Shown: positions 49,529-63,499 of the stretch, piece by piece
Position numbering within the stretch: the stretch's first letter is position 1
Layout of the letters: each line of letters opens with the position of its first letter
The notes under the pieces: generated by a model
What the model saw: only the letters and a program-made list of their open reading frames with translations
Databases searched by the model: none
What the model was told of the DNA's origin: nothing
Source of the DNA: Anolis carolinensis
Lineage: Eukaryota
Direction of reading: 5' to 3'
Length of the DNA stretch: 64,000 nucleotides
NCBI RefSeq assembly: GCF_035594765.1
Contig: NC_085844.1
Span: forward strand, 55,815,923 to 55,879,922
Translations under genes and position numbers: made by a program

Positions 49529-52500
49529 ACCTAACTAAAATTATTCCACAGTGTTTGGAATGCAGAATAAATTTCATGGCTTAATATGCAGGATTGGATT
49601 TCTGGGTTTGGCCCAGTATTGCATGCAACACAGTGAGGCTTGGCCATTCCAAAGCCCAAAACCTATGGAACCAGCAGATCATGTTAAGTGTCTACATATA
49701 ATACCAATTAGTTACCCCATAGTAATTTTTAACCCTGTCTTCCTTCTCATAGAGTAATTGAACAGTGCTAGATGGGATAATTCGTTTTTTACTATAAAAA
49801 TGCTGCACAGATACCTTTTTAAAAAAATACTATTTGTTTAATCTGAGATGACATTCCTGAATTAAATGCTTCTCTAAATATGCACTGGAAAAATAGTAAG
49901 AATGTACTGGGCGAACCCTTTTAGGAACCCTTTTAGTAATTTTTTAAAGATCCGCTGTAATATGAACAGATTAAAGCTAATCCCAATTGGATGATTTTGG
50001 AAACAGCAATTTAAATTGTGGTATTCTGATCCAGTCAGTTTAAATCAGATATATTCAGAATGTAGCCTTTGATTTCAGGAGTGAACCAAATTATACACAG
50101 CAAAACAAAGATGGCTTGGGTGAACTTAACATTTAAGTTGTATTTGTATAATTTATGTCAGCTACATTTTATGAACCATCTACCATGTACATTATAAATT
50201 GCACTATCTCTACATTCTAGGACTTGTCCCTGAATTTTCCGCTTCTTTGCTGTTATGCAGGAATTGACCTTACAGTATCTTTCATCTGAATCAGAGTTAG
50301 TAACAGATGGTCACCTCTGGGACTGTTATCAGGGTGACTTGTAAAGCTTCTAAGATGGGTCTGTTTGAAGAGACTCGTGACTAGCTCTCCCTCCATTTCC
50401 CCTACCAATCCTGACTCCTTAATAGTTACTAGAAACCCTTTCAATTTAGGAATACTTATGTTCAAAGCAAAACTACTGGATGGAATACTTGAGACATTTC
50501 TGACTTCATATAAATGGAAGTGGAGCACGGGGAGAGGGGAAGCCCCTTTCATATTTTAGAGCTGGAAGCTGGAATCCACAATCTTATAATGTGTTTTTTT
50601 ATTTTCAAAGTTTATCCTAATTATGAAATGTGAAATGCAGGGTTGCATCTTCTATTAAGTCAGTCAATTCAGGTGGCAGATCCAAGGCCATGAGGAGTGT
50701 CAAAAACAACAGCATCCCCTCTCCAGCCCCTCTTGAGTCCCCCAACCATACCTATTTCTTGTGTGACATGTGTGTTACATGTCATGCACTATGCCACTAA
50801 ACTAACTTTCTTTTCACGGATGTAAAAGGTGACATCTCACTGGCAGTGCCTATATTGAGGATTCAGTAGTGCCGGCATAGTAAGATTTCCTTTAAAACCA
50901 ACCTCACTGCTACATAATAGGCAAAATCAGGTTTCTGCTGATCATTGGTCATACTAGCTCTGAGAGCTACACCGCTGCAAATGAGCTGTATATCAGGGTA
51001 AATTACAGACTCCATAGCAATGGATTTGGTGGTTAGGAGTGATTGTATCAGTCAATAACAACATTGGTGGTTTTGGCTAGAACCCAAATTAGATATGTGG
51101 CAACAATGGTGTCTAATATGTTTGCATGCTTGGGTCTCAGCTCCAATTCCTTATTGGCGCCTCCCATGGGTGGAGGGTGGATGGAGGATAGGACCATCAG
51201 ATGAGTACTGTTCAAGGCCCTAAAATGTCATGTCCAAAACCTAAAGACTAAAGACTGGTCTTGTTACAAGAGATAGTTCTTGGTGATGTCATTAAACATG
51301 CTACATTAATCATCAACCACAGTTGATCAAAATGTGTCATTCGTTTTTTTTCAAGTGTGCTAAAAGAGAATATACATACGCACATTTCAAGGCACCGCTT
51401 GTAGATTCATCCCCCTTGCCCTGAGGACTGGAGAAAAAAGGCCAGGTTCTGAGCTCTGGGAAACCTGAGGCTTTGCGAATATGCATAATAAGCTTAAAGT
51501 TTATTCACTAGTGTTAATGATCTACCATAGGTTCTCCATTTTGCTACCAGACTTCCTGAAGTGTCCTCAGTGAGGGTATTCACTCCTAGTATCAGAGAAG
51601 GATCATACGTTCGCATTTCAATTTGAACAGTCTACAGCCTTTTCTGTTGCAATGATAGCTCGGACAATACCCTACCCTGCTATAGCAACTTGGACCAGTT
51701 GCTGAGGGAGGCTAGAATCTTTGGTTGTATTATGCTTTACTATAGCAGCAGCCCACCTTGCCTTCATAAATACAAAAGAAGCCAGAAGAGATACCTTCAC
51801 GGTTTAGTCAAGTTGAGACAAGGCTAATGGTGGCTTCTTTCCAGAATCTAGTAAATCCCAACCAAACATTTGGGAGGTTGATTTCCTTTTTTGTTTCTTA
51901 AATGATGTTGATTTTCTTTGTCAATCTGAGACTTTGCTTCTGGCCTATCCACTGGTTACTGTTTTTAAAAAATTCTTTCTCTTTCCTTTTATACTTCTCT
52001 CATTTTCTATTTTCCTTCTTCTATGGAAAATATAAACCCCCAAAAACCAGAATGCATTTATCTTTGCATGCCAGTTGCCATAAAATGCTCCCAGGAGTCC
52101 TCAGAAATCCAGCTAAGAAAAGTGTCTGCTTTCCTATTTGACTTCATATAAATGATGCAGAAATTTCACCTATTAGACACTCCTGGACATAAGCAACATG
52201 CTTCCTGGCTGTTTGATTCTTTGGTTCCCTTTCAAAAACTTCTATTTCTCCTGGAAAATGTCCACTTCTGCTTTCTGTCTGTAAAATGGGAATAATTACT
52301 GATGACAGTTTTCCTATACCATCACAACTTTTGCCAAGGCAGAGTGTTTTTCAAGGATTATAAAGTACCATTGCCAAGTCAAGGAAACCGATACAGTATT
52401 AGGCAAGAAAGAGAGGAATACAATGAACAGCATTAGCCACTATCAGCCCATAACTTAAAAACAAACGAGGAAAAAACCTTGTAACACTTTAATGCATTCT

Positions 52501-55500
52501 TCTGTACCATTAGCTCAGATGCCAATCTAGCTAGCGCTAGATTATTTCCAGAGTTGAACCTGTATTTTAAGAGGAATTCACATTTGTATCCTTTATTGTG
52601 ATATTTGGCGGCAAGTCGGCTGCTAGTTACAGCCTCTGCCCTGCAGCTATGAAGGAGTAAGACTCCATTGTTGGAGAGAGAGTGGTGCTCTGTGTAAAAA
52701 CCTGAGATGTGGTAGGCAAGATGAATCGTGCTTAAAAGCAGTGCTTGCGGTGCTGTCATTTAGAACAGGGAACACAGAAGCTTTAAACGAAAGTGAAAGG
52801 CAGGATAAACGCCCCTTTAAAAGTGGTAAAATTCTTAAACTGCCTACAACAACAAATCTTCTCCATTGATGACTTCGCTAAGGGCAAGACAATTTGGCAG
52901 AGGATGTCTCTCCCTTGGGTTCAGATCCACAGAATCCTTTTTTTAAATGTAAATACATTTTTTACAAAACATTATGACTAGTATTGCGTGAAATACCGTG
53001 TCCCAGAAACTGTAACAAAAAAGGATTTGCCTGACTATATTCTCAGACTGCTTCATACCTTGTTTTAAGACAGATATTTTTGCAGAGATTCAAAAAGCAA
53101 ATTCTGTGTGGCACAGCCAGTTTGCATGCTGGAAACATGGTTACCCCTGGTCCTTGGCATGCTAAATGCCAGATTTACACCGCAGTCTTAGCGATGTCTG
53201 TTCATTAGTAATCCCACTGATCATAGTAGGACTTACTCTCAGATAAGCTTGTAGCTTTGCTTGTTTTGTTTTGCATTATAGTCACATCTTGGTTTTTTTC
53301 CTAATAAAAACATGTGGCAAAACCTTTCACATTATTATAGAACTATGGTTTCACTTCAACACCTGTGGCAAGATCATATGGAATCTATGGAATCCTTGGA
53401 TCTGCCATTTATTGCAGCACTATAGCATGTCCCTTGCAGCCATGTAGTTGCTTAGTTACTTTAAACCTTTAAAATGGTATTACCTAGAGATGAAGTTTGT
53501 AGTCCAGCAAGGTCTGTATATTAACCAGTACCATGTTCATTGTGGCATAAATTAGCAGAACAGCTGATTCAGCACTTCCTCTCCAATGTCTTATACCCTT
53601 CTTTTGTAGCATACCCAATAGTCTACTGCAAGAAATGTATAGGGACTAACTCTGTAGTTGTACCAAACAGCAATATATGGTTCCACAGTGTCATATAATG
53701 CAGTTCAAACTGCATTGTTTGGCAGTGTAGATCCAACCAAAGCGAGGAGGTTCTTCTAATGAAATCGTCTCCGATAATCTGTTTTGGAAGTTAGGCTTTG
53801 GATGAAACCATGGTTTTTCAAGTTACCTGTCAGGATATATCATTTACTGGATATCCTTTACATTTTTAAAGCTATGTTTGCTTTGGTTGCATTAACATCT
53901 GGATACTACCATGCCTGAGCAGCATATGGAAGACATTTAATGCAGAATGAAAATTCACTTCTTGCATTAGCCAAAGACATGAGTATTCCAGTGTTTTGGT
54001 AAAGGACACAGAATATATGGTAAATCTTTGCACAAAACTACTATGTCCAGCTGGGGAGGCATATCTTTTCTGAGTTCTTTACATATTTATTCCATTAAAT
54101 GCACCAGTAAAAGATACTGTGTGTATATCAGCCTTAGACTGGTAGTTTTTTCTCTCTTAGTCTGTAAGTACATCTCCTGCTTTCTGCCCATATATGCCAC
54201 GCCACATAAAGAAATGCTGTAGCACTAGATATTAGCAGTGCATTTTGCTTTGCTTTGAGTTTGTCAAGGTGAAAGGTGATTGTGCAGGAAAATGGAACAG
54301 TATATTTGCTGTGAGACAGGCAGTAAGAACTCACTCCCTGGCTCAGTTATAATTTATGACTGTACTGGTGGGAAGTCCTTACCCCTCTGTGGAGTTAATG
54401 CATCTCTACTGTAGCCTGCTGAGAGCACCCTGCATCCCCTCCCACCATCTGTGCCTCCACTTGCATGCCTTTGCCGGTTGCCTTTACTATGAGATCTCTT
54501 GGTGTTAAAACTGTCAGATGACTTCTGCCTGGTAGAAGTGGCTTGGTGATGTGTATTAATGCTAAATTGTTGTCTAAATGGGAAAAGAGCTGGAAGAGAG
54601 ATTTATTGCAGGCCTCTTTTAGAAAAATATTGTACCAATGGGGATCTGCCTGTTTTAAACTGATTCCTTGACTTAGGGAGTCTCTAATTTGCTTTGCTTT
54701 CCTGATGGAATCTCTGTATGGGAAGGGTGGTGAGCTAAATGGTTTTTGTCACTTCTCCGAGCCTTCGGCTGATTTGTTAGCAGGTTGGCTTTTTATTTAT
54801 TTATTTAAGCATTTGTATAGAGCACTTGCCTAAAACACAGCAAACTGAAGAGCATTTACCCACCCATCACCTAATTTTGCACTCGCAACTATGTTCTGCT
54901 CATCTCTCCCCCCAGGTTTATTGCCTTCCTCAACTCAGGCAGCCAACTCAGAGGTAGAAAACTAATTGCCTCCACATTTCCCAAGGCATAAGAGTCACGT
55001 GAGCAGGGACTATAAGCACACCGGGTCATATCTGGAAAGGACCCCATATGAAGATTTTTACAGAGTGAAAGCATTGCCTGAAGACAACTGAGGTGTGACA
55101 GCAGCCTTGATTGAAGCATGGGAGGGTGAGAATTGGACTATGGAGATTTGGAGCAGTGCTCTGTTACTGTAGCCTCTTCTTGGTGCTCTAGATTCTGGAC
55201 TCTGATAAGATAGAGGCCTAGAAAGAAAGAAAAATAGACAGACATATTTTATTGCTTCAGCAATATTTATTTCAGATTTCCTTTTGTGTATTGTTGTCAT
55301 TTGTTATTAACTTAGGACCTAGGAGCTGGTCCCTCTTCTCCAGACTTTGGTGCAAAGGGATGGGATACAAAGAGTTTGGAAGGAGTAAGTCCATACTCTC
55401 CTCTGAAGCTCCTTTGCTTCCTGAATGATGAAGAATCAGGAAGTACAAAGCAAATTAGCAGGAATTTTCTGTCCTTTTGGGGGACAATGGGGGTTTTAGG

Positions 55501-56308
55501 GGGGATGCAGGAATGCAATACCATCCCACCTTGCCAAGCTGCCTAAGTCCATTCTGGATCCCACCTTGGGCTCCAGGATGGCTGCTCCAAAACTGGGAAA
55601 AGTCCAGATCTTGTTGCAGGATTCAGGCCTTTCCCTGTGTTTTTTCACCTGCAGTCAAGCCAGATTAAGTGGTTTACCCCTGGTTCAATCACATTAGTCT
55701 GTGTGATTGCATGGCAGTGTGTATGGGCCTTGTAAGAATCTTGTTTGTTAGGGCATGTGATACCACTGGTGATATGACACTTCAATTTACCATGAATTTT
55801 TTCCTGCAGAATTATTTATTTATTTATTATTGTGTGCTCCATCCATACTACTCAGGTACTTAGCAACGGCTAGATATGTTTATTTAGAAATAAAAGCAAA
55901 CTTTCCATCTTCATTTTTTACTATCATCTAATTCTCTGAACCTGAGTGAATTAAGCAAATTCCAGGAGGCTTTAAATTCTGGCTTGCAAAAAAAAGAAAA
56001 GAAAAGAAAGAAAAACTGGAAACTGTTGCATTTGAACACATGTATCTGATCTGTCATTATGAGGACTGGATATAAAACCTGAGGCCATGGAAAAAGCTAG
56101 TGCATATAACGATAGCAGTAAGAAGTCTGATTTTTTTTCCCCTCATCTAAAAAGGCAGTATATGCCAAGTGAAGCATCACAGTAAAGTTCCACAGCTTTC
56201 AAAAAAGAGATGAGAAAAAGTAGGGCAGAATGACTGGAGTAGCTCAGTGTCCAGGTTTTCTTAGGTGAAAGATCACTTTGAGATGACATGGCTGAGTAGT
56301 CAGGTTGA

Positions 56309-56488
56309 NNNNNNNNNNNNNNNNNNNNNNNNNNNNNNNNNNNNNNNNNNNNNNNNNNNNNNNNNNNNNNNNNNNNNNNNNNNNNNNNNNNNNNNNNNNN
56401 NNNNNNNNNNNNNNNNNNNNNNNNNNNNNNNNNNNNNNNNNNNNNNNNNNNNNNNNNNNNNNNNNNNNNNNNNNNNNNNNNNNNNNNN
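56309..56488. other. N gap (180 bp)
   Basis: Run of N. Confidence 0.99.
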
Positions 56489-57838
56489 CGCCCCTGAGTC
56501 TTGGGCTGATTGAATAACTCCTGGGCCTCTTCCCCTAGGCCGCCATCAGCAGGGGTCCGGTGGAAAGCAATCTCCCGCAGACTGGCACAGAAGTGAGCTT
56601 TAAACTACTATTTTCTGCTCTCCAGAGGAGCCTGGAGTACTAAAAGATAGATGGACTGCAGATATTTTATGAGAAACTGTCAGAAGAAGAGCAGGGTAAA
56701 TGTTTTTTTTTCTCCCCATCTTCTTTGAGTCATACGCTGTCTCATTCTGCAGTTTCTCCTGGAATCTCGTACATTTAAGAGAAGAAATTAATTGGTTGCC
56801 GACACTAATTCCTTTGCCTGTGTCCCTCTTGTTTTGCACCTTTTTTCATTCTGTTTTTTTTAATTCACTCAGCAGCCCTTTGCTTAACCACAGTTGCAGA
56901 AAATCAGTACCATTTGCACTGAAATATTTATAATGACAGAATGAAAAATTGGATTCATTTTCTGGCTTGTAGCCGAACAGTCGGCAACTTTGGGAAGCAT
57001 TGTTTAGTATCTCTCTGCCTTCATTTCATTGGGGTTGTCTTCCTATGCACACACCGAAGATGCTTCATAGAAATACTTACAAAAACACACACATCTTTTT
57101 CTCTCTTTCTACAATCTCAGCAAGAGAAATCAAGTGCCACATAACCTTTCAACCATTTATAATATGTGTAGTCAGAAAGAGAGGGTGGGAGAAAGTGGAA
57201 CAAGTAGGGGAGATTATGAAAGATGACATACTGTAATCTATTTTGTACAAGGAAGCACTGTGCAGATGAAGTGTAGAGGATTACTTCTGTGCATTTATTG
57301 AGAGGCAGTGTATGGGTTTAAGACAAGAGAGAATGCCAGGAAATTCTGGCTAGTTGTTGCTCTGACACTGACTCTAGGGCCAAGCTAGATAACTGCTCAA
57401 AGAAAGGAAGCTTTCCTTGGTTTCTGTTTGTTACAGGAGTGTGTGATTTAGAGTGTATAGGAGCTGGAGAGGCACACTAAAGTGTAGGGGAAATGGTAGG
57501 CACAGGAGGTTGAGAGTTTCACAGAGAACTTCTTTCTGTCTTTCCATTCATACCTGAAACACGAGTAGACATCAGATGAGAAATGGCTGCATGTATCTCA
57601 TTTATAATATTCCTTCATTTGTTGGACACACAGGTAATGTTGAGTGATCTCCAATCAGTTAATATGAGAAGGGAGAAAAGTGTACATATATACAATTTTC
57701 CTGCTGCTGACCATACCCTTGGGGTATAGTGAACTCTATAAGGCCAGTTTTATGGGGAGGGGGGAGAAATTTCCACATGTCTGTATCCCCACTGGAAATT
57801 GTATACTGGCCTCCATTTACTCATAGTTTTAATGAATC

Positions 57839-57925
57839 AGTTGTTGTGCACCAAGTTGTGTCCAAGTTATGGTGACTCTAAAGCAAGATTTGTTCAGATG
57901 TGGTTTGTCTTTGCTTTCCTCTGCT
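57839..57925 (-). mobile_element. Fragment of the SINE family seen at 6829-7050
   Basis: GTTGTTGTG..ATGGTGAC..GATTTGTTCAGA..GGTTTGTCTTTG is the reverse complement of its 3' half. Confidence 0.5.
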
Positions 57926-58997
57926 TTGCTCGAATAATGTAATCATAATATGATTATCCACACTATAAAAACATGTTTTGTGAACAGCTCATAATTGGAA
58001 GCAAGCTTTAGATTAGTTTGTCATCTGTATTATGGACTGGGATACAATCTATCAGATAAAATTTCTTCAGGCAAACTTGTGTAAATGTCAGAGATCAATT
58101 GGTGAAAACACCTTGTGCTCATGTTCCATCATGTGCATTGCTGTTTGGTGTTTCTTCTTCAGTATTCTGGTTATGGCCTATGGAGTGTTAAGTGACCTAT
58201 GCCAAAGAGTCTATGGCCCCTAATACACACCCAGAATGTCTTTCTTCGGTTTACTAGAGATGCATCCATTTAGAACTGCCAAGACTTATCGAGAAGTGGT
58301 CTCAAAAAAGCCCAAACTGAGCATCCTAAATCGGCACTAGGTATTTTGCTAACTTGCCTACTGAAATAAGTATCTCCCAGCAATAGTTAATCTGCCAAGA
58401 TCATGCACTGCTTTTGACTATCCTGGAAACTCTGTGAATGTTTCATCCTAGAATCCATGTTGTGCAGAATAAGTAGACTGTGGAGAAGCTGTTTGCAAAT
58501 CTCTATCCCAATATCAGGTCTTCACGGGAAAGAAAAGGGGATATTCAGGAGGCCAGTTATCACAATTTTGAAATAGGTTTTTTTTTCCTTCAGACTCTAC
58601 ACATGATAAAATGGATTTAAGGTGAGATTACAAAAACACTATGCTAGATGAATGATGGCAATTGAAATGTGGACAGTTGCATCAACATGATTGAAATATA
58701 CTTTGAAAAAATATTTTAATTGAATTTTTGTCACTGAGCTTGAACTTAATTTGGAGTTTCACTATTATAAGAGCTCTCTGATTTCAATTTTCAGTTGCCT
58801 TATGAATCAGATTTGGTCCACATATTTTCATAGTTCCGGAAGCACAGGAGCAATGTGCCCTCCTCCAGTTCAAGATGCATGTTGACCAAAGTGCCCAAGT
58901 TTTAGCACCCAACCCAACAAATCCCCTTTTCTCTTCAGGAAAAATTCAACAACAGTAAATTTAAAAAAACATTTCATTCATCTTTCCCGACATGTAG

Positions 58998-59655
58998 AGC
59001 CATGGTAGTCCACACTCTTGTTACATCTGGAACAGGCTACTACAACACGCTCTACATGGAGTTGCCTTTGAAAACTATTCAGAAGCTTCAAGTAGTCCAA
59101 TGGGCGGCAGCCAGGTTCTTCACTGGAGCGGCTTATAGGGAGCATACAACTTCCCTGTTACACCAGTGTTCGAACTTATCTTCCCTCTATGAACCATCAC
59201 GGAGATTAATATCTTCTGGAAAGGCCCTGCTCTCAGTCCCGACTCCTTTGCAGGTGTGGTTGGTGGGGACGAGAGACAGGACCTTCTCAGTGGTGGCCCC
59301 TCGGCAGTGGAACTCTGTCTTCAGTGATATTCGATCAGCCCCTTCCCTTTTAGCCTTCAAAAAGAAAGTTTAAACATGGCTATGGGACCAAGCTTTTGGA
59401 GAATAACTGCAGTGCAATAAATGAATGTAGAATCTGTGCAATGACAGTTGGAATGGCCCTGGATTACAACTTTGGATTATGTGATTTTAATAATTGATGT
59501 AACTGTTTTTAGGTGTTTTTAATTTTCTGGTTTTAATGTAGATGTTTACCTATTGTATGTTACTTTAAGGCATTGAATTGTTGCCAATATCTGAGTCCCC
59601 CTCGGGGTTGAGGAGGGCGGGGTATAAATATGATAAATAAATAATAAATAAATAA
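58998..59655 (+). mobile_element. L2-group LINE 3' end fragment
   Basis: VVHTLVTSGTGYYNTLYMELPLKTIQKLQVVQWAAAR and RDRTFSVVAPRQWNS correspond to the L2 ORF2 C-terminal motifs; 3' UTR ends TGAGTCCCC..GGGCGGGGTATAAAT followed by (TAAA)n. Confidence 0.88.
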
Positions 59656-60031
59656 CACCACAATCAGTTACCTGGCTCGATCACCTGCCCAGTGATAAAG
59701 GTGGCCTGGCATCATCTTTGTGGGAAAATGTTGCAACAAAGATTTGCCTAATAAATAGGATTATTTTACAACTATAATGTGAAGTAAAGGAAATGGCATC
59801 CAGTGGCATTGTGTATCATTTTCTTCTCCCATCAGTCACAACCTCTCTGGATAATAAGTAGCTTTACTTTTGTTCTTTGGGGGAAATAATTGACGCAAAT
59901 TCATTTTGCTATGTTTATTTTATTTAATGATTTATTTAGATCAGTACAAATCAGTATGAATGTGTCATCTCCTGTAATTTGTGTGAAATATATTTTATTA
60001 ACAGCAAAAGTTCTATTCAGTCTTGCAAATC

Positions 60032-60053
60032 TGTGTGTGTGTGTGTGTGTGTG
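60032..60053. repeat. (TG)n microsatellite
   Basis: Direct reading. Confidence 0.9.
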
Positions 60054-60625
60054 TTCCCAAAGAGGGTTTGAAGGAATGTACTGTCAGGTCAGCATAAAGT
60101 GATGTGCGTTCTGCTACAAACAGCATTGTAACGATTACCCTAAAATTGTTGCTTTTTTAAAACCAGAGCAAATGCTTTGATTTTCAAAGAGAAATGTCTA
60201 CAAAGTAGTCTGTCGGCAAAGAAATGGCAATTTTTTGTCTTGCTCAGTGTACATGTGTGACTGCTTTTCTGCTCAAAGTCAGTTTTCATTTTGGTCTGTA
60301 TGACAGGATGTAATTTATATCTTAACAGCATTTTAGCAGCAGAAATAATAGGAACCTTGCAGAGTATCATAGTCACTGATGCAGTCTTCTTATAGTCGAT
60401 GAAAAAGTATTCTGTGTCTGTGAAAAGTAAACATTATACACAGTATCTTCTATATGGTTACTGTTTCAGTCTAATTTAAACAGAATACCTGCTTTTGCTT
60501 ACTCAAAGGATGTATATGGATACCTGCCTAAAAAGTGGTGATTTGCTACTCACAACTTCTCTATTGAACATAACTGTCCTTCTCTCATATCCACTGCTCT
60601 CAGCAGACTTTCCATGTAGATTATA

Positions 60626-60850
60626 CTCTCTTGGATTCTAGATCCATTGATTCAACCAGCCACAGTTTTAAACTATCCCCCCCCCCCTCAAAAAAGAAAT
60701 CCAAAAAGCACACTTTGATTTTTGGCATTTATATAAGGAACACAATTTTACAACCTCAATGTATATAATTGGACTTCAGCAACCATAGATTTTGGTATTT
60801 GGGAGGGGAGGGAGTTGGGTCTAAACTGCAGTGGATGCCAAGGCCCACTT
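60626..60850. mobile_element. Degenerate Tc1/mariner-type MITE
   Basis: Second copy of the 5322-5549 family. Confidence 0.55.
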
Positions 60851-61581
60851 TCAAAAGTAGAAATGATATGCAGTAAACGCCACTTCTGAGAGCTGTGAAG
60901 GAACCAGCAAAAATCAAAATCCTATCTTAGGGCCTGTTTTATATTAAAATTACACTTTAGATCAGGGCTCAACGACTGGTGTTTTTTTTTTCCTCTAGAA
61001 CAAATCTGGCCCAGTTCAGTACCTTGTTTACACTTGTAACTAATATCACATGCCACTTGAGCCTGTTTTCCACACTCTCAAAACAATAAATGGAAACAGC
61101 AGAATACATTTAACAAATTAGTAAATTAATTTTGTTATAAGTTTATATGGCAGTACATAGTATGTTTCAACTCACTTAATTCATTTCGTAATAATCTTCT
61201 GGGGGGGAAAGAGGAAGTTTATATATTTAGGCAGAAAAAAATATGTAATGACTTCCATTCCTGTTACACCTAGTTGTTGCTTTTCAGATCTGTTGTCCTC
61301 TATAATCAGTGCTTCTTTCTCCCTTGGGTGTCTACAGCACAGGTGGTCATCCTGAGGCTCTCCTGCTGTTGTTAGATTCAGAGGCTGAAAAATGTCTTGC
61401 TAGTAGAATTCCAGTTCATAGAAGGATTTGAAAACTTACAAATGATTGTAAGTAGACACCATTGTTCAGGGAGTCTAGGATGTGATGCCTTCATACCACT
61501 CCCTAACCCTCTTTGTCAATGCAGTTAAACTGCATTATATGAGTCTACATTGACCATATAATGCAGTTTAAAATTGTATTA

Positions 61582-61909
61582 CAGTGTTCCCTCACTACTT
61601 CATGGTTCACTTTTCACAGATTCAGTTTTGTGGTTTTTCAATAAACTCAAAGACTATTATAAATCATAAAAAATTACAATTTACAGCCTGAGGAAGGAGA
61701 AGCCAGGAGAGAAAAAGAGCCCAAGCAGCAACGGGAGGAGAAGGAGGCGATTTATCAACACACGATTGGTTGATAAAGACTTAAAATAGTGTATAACTAC
61801 TAAAATAATGAATAAATAGTAAAATAAATATAGTGTCCCTACTTCGTGGATTTTCACTTATTGTGGGTGGTCCTAGAACCTAACCCCAGCGATAAGTGAG
61901 GGAACACTG
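61582..61909. mobile_element. Tc1/mariner (Tigger-like) MITE, 328 bp
   Basis: TIRs CAGTGTTCCCTCACT / AGTGAGGGAACACTG; TA at 61580-61581 and 61910-61911. Confidence 0.9.
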
Positions 61910-61976
61910 TATATAGCAGTGTAAGTGCAAGATGGTGCAAGACTAAAGTAAAAATAGACAAACTACCATACATGGA

Positions 61977-62287
61977 GGAAGCTTCCGGTGGCACAGCGAG
62001 TTAAACTGCTGAGCTGCTGAACATGCTGACCGAAATGGGACTAGAGTGAGCTTCCGCTGTTAGCCCCAGCTTCTGCCAAACCTAGCAGTTTGAAAATATG
62101 CAAATGTGAATAAATCAATAGGTACCACTCTGGCGGGAATGGCGCTCTATGCAGTCATTCCAGCCACATGACCTTGGAGGTGCCTAAGGACAACGCCGGC
62201 TCTTCGGCTTAGAAATTGAGATGAGTACCATCCCCCAGAGTCAGACACGACTAGATTTAATGTCAAGGGGAAAAACGTTATGTTTAC
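61977..62287 (+). mobile_element. Sauria-type SINE, near full length
   Basis: tRNA-like head GGTGGCACAGCGAGTTAAA, conserved body and TTTACCT tail; 14-bp degenerate TSD CTACCATACATGGA / CTACCAAACATGAA. Confidence 0.88.
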
Positions 62288-63499
62288 CTACCAAACATGA
62301 AACTTTGTATATTATATACCACTGTATGCAGAGATTTGGTTGTTTGTAAATATTGTGAAGCCAAGAGCTTTAGCTTACTATCAAATGTCACGATAGCATG
62401 AGAACATGATGAATGACTGTCTAGAGGGAAGAGACAGTTTCAGCTTAGTAAAATTATGTAATAAATAGAAGAGTAAAATATAGTATGTGGAATACTGTTT
62501 GTTTGCTGAAAGAGTGAGAGACAAAGAAAACCTGTATATAGATTGTGAAAGGATACAATAATATATGGCAGCTGTAACTTGAAAATTGAGCTACAGATGG
62601 TTTTTCAGGAAGCTAAACAAAAATTGCTGTGACAGTGGGACCTGGTGCAATACAGATCTTGCTGATGTTGACGATCCAGTGCAGAGATATTATTGAACTG
62701 TGGGGACTTTCATCTTAACCACACACACATACATTTTCTTTCATTGTTGGAAACAGCACATTTTGGGGTAAACAGCAACCTTCCTACTACCACCTTATAA
62801 GCACAGAGCTTTTTAGCTCAGCTTTTGTTGCTTATATATTTTGAGTGCTATGTCGGTTTAGCAAAGTTATTAGTTTATACATTTTACAGAGGTGAAAATA
62901 ACCATAAGAGCTTTAAATTAGAATAAGTGCCACTTCACTATGACAGATTCCTTTGAGGACTGATTAGAAAGGAGGCTGCCTTTTTCTTCCTGCTGCCTGC
63001 TCCTTTACCTTTTGCGGCTTGATCAGAGCTTACTTTTTCAGTTGGTATAAGTATGGTGGAAGATGCAGATGGTTAGGAAGATGATGAATAGCCAAGATCT
63101 TAAGGTGGTTTATACACCAAAACAAATTAAGCATCATAATACAAATAAAACATCTGGAGAAGCAGAGCTTTATGGCGATGAGGTTAGGGAATCAGGTGAA
63201 ATGGAACCAGAAGTGACTTATCGATAAGATCCTACATAGTAAAGGTTCCAAATTGTTTCTGAAGCCAGAGCAAATATTTCCACACAGGTGAGATATTCAT
63301 ACTGCCAGACGTCCCATTTAGGGCACTAACTGTAGCCTCTACCTTCAGCATCTGAGCCAATTTCAAGGGTAGCACCACAAAAGCATACATTATGGTAACC
63401 CGAACATGAGATTTGCTGTGGCAGTCCAGGAAAGGGCATAATTGATAGGTTATCTTTGTAGAGGATGCAACATCACCTCCAAACTCACAGAATTGATAA

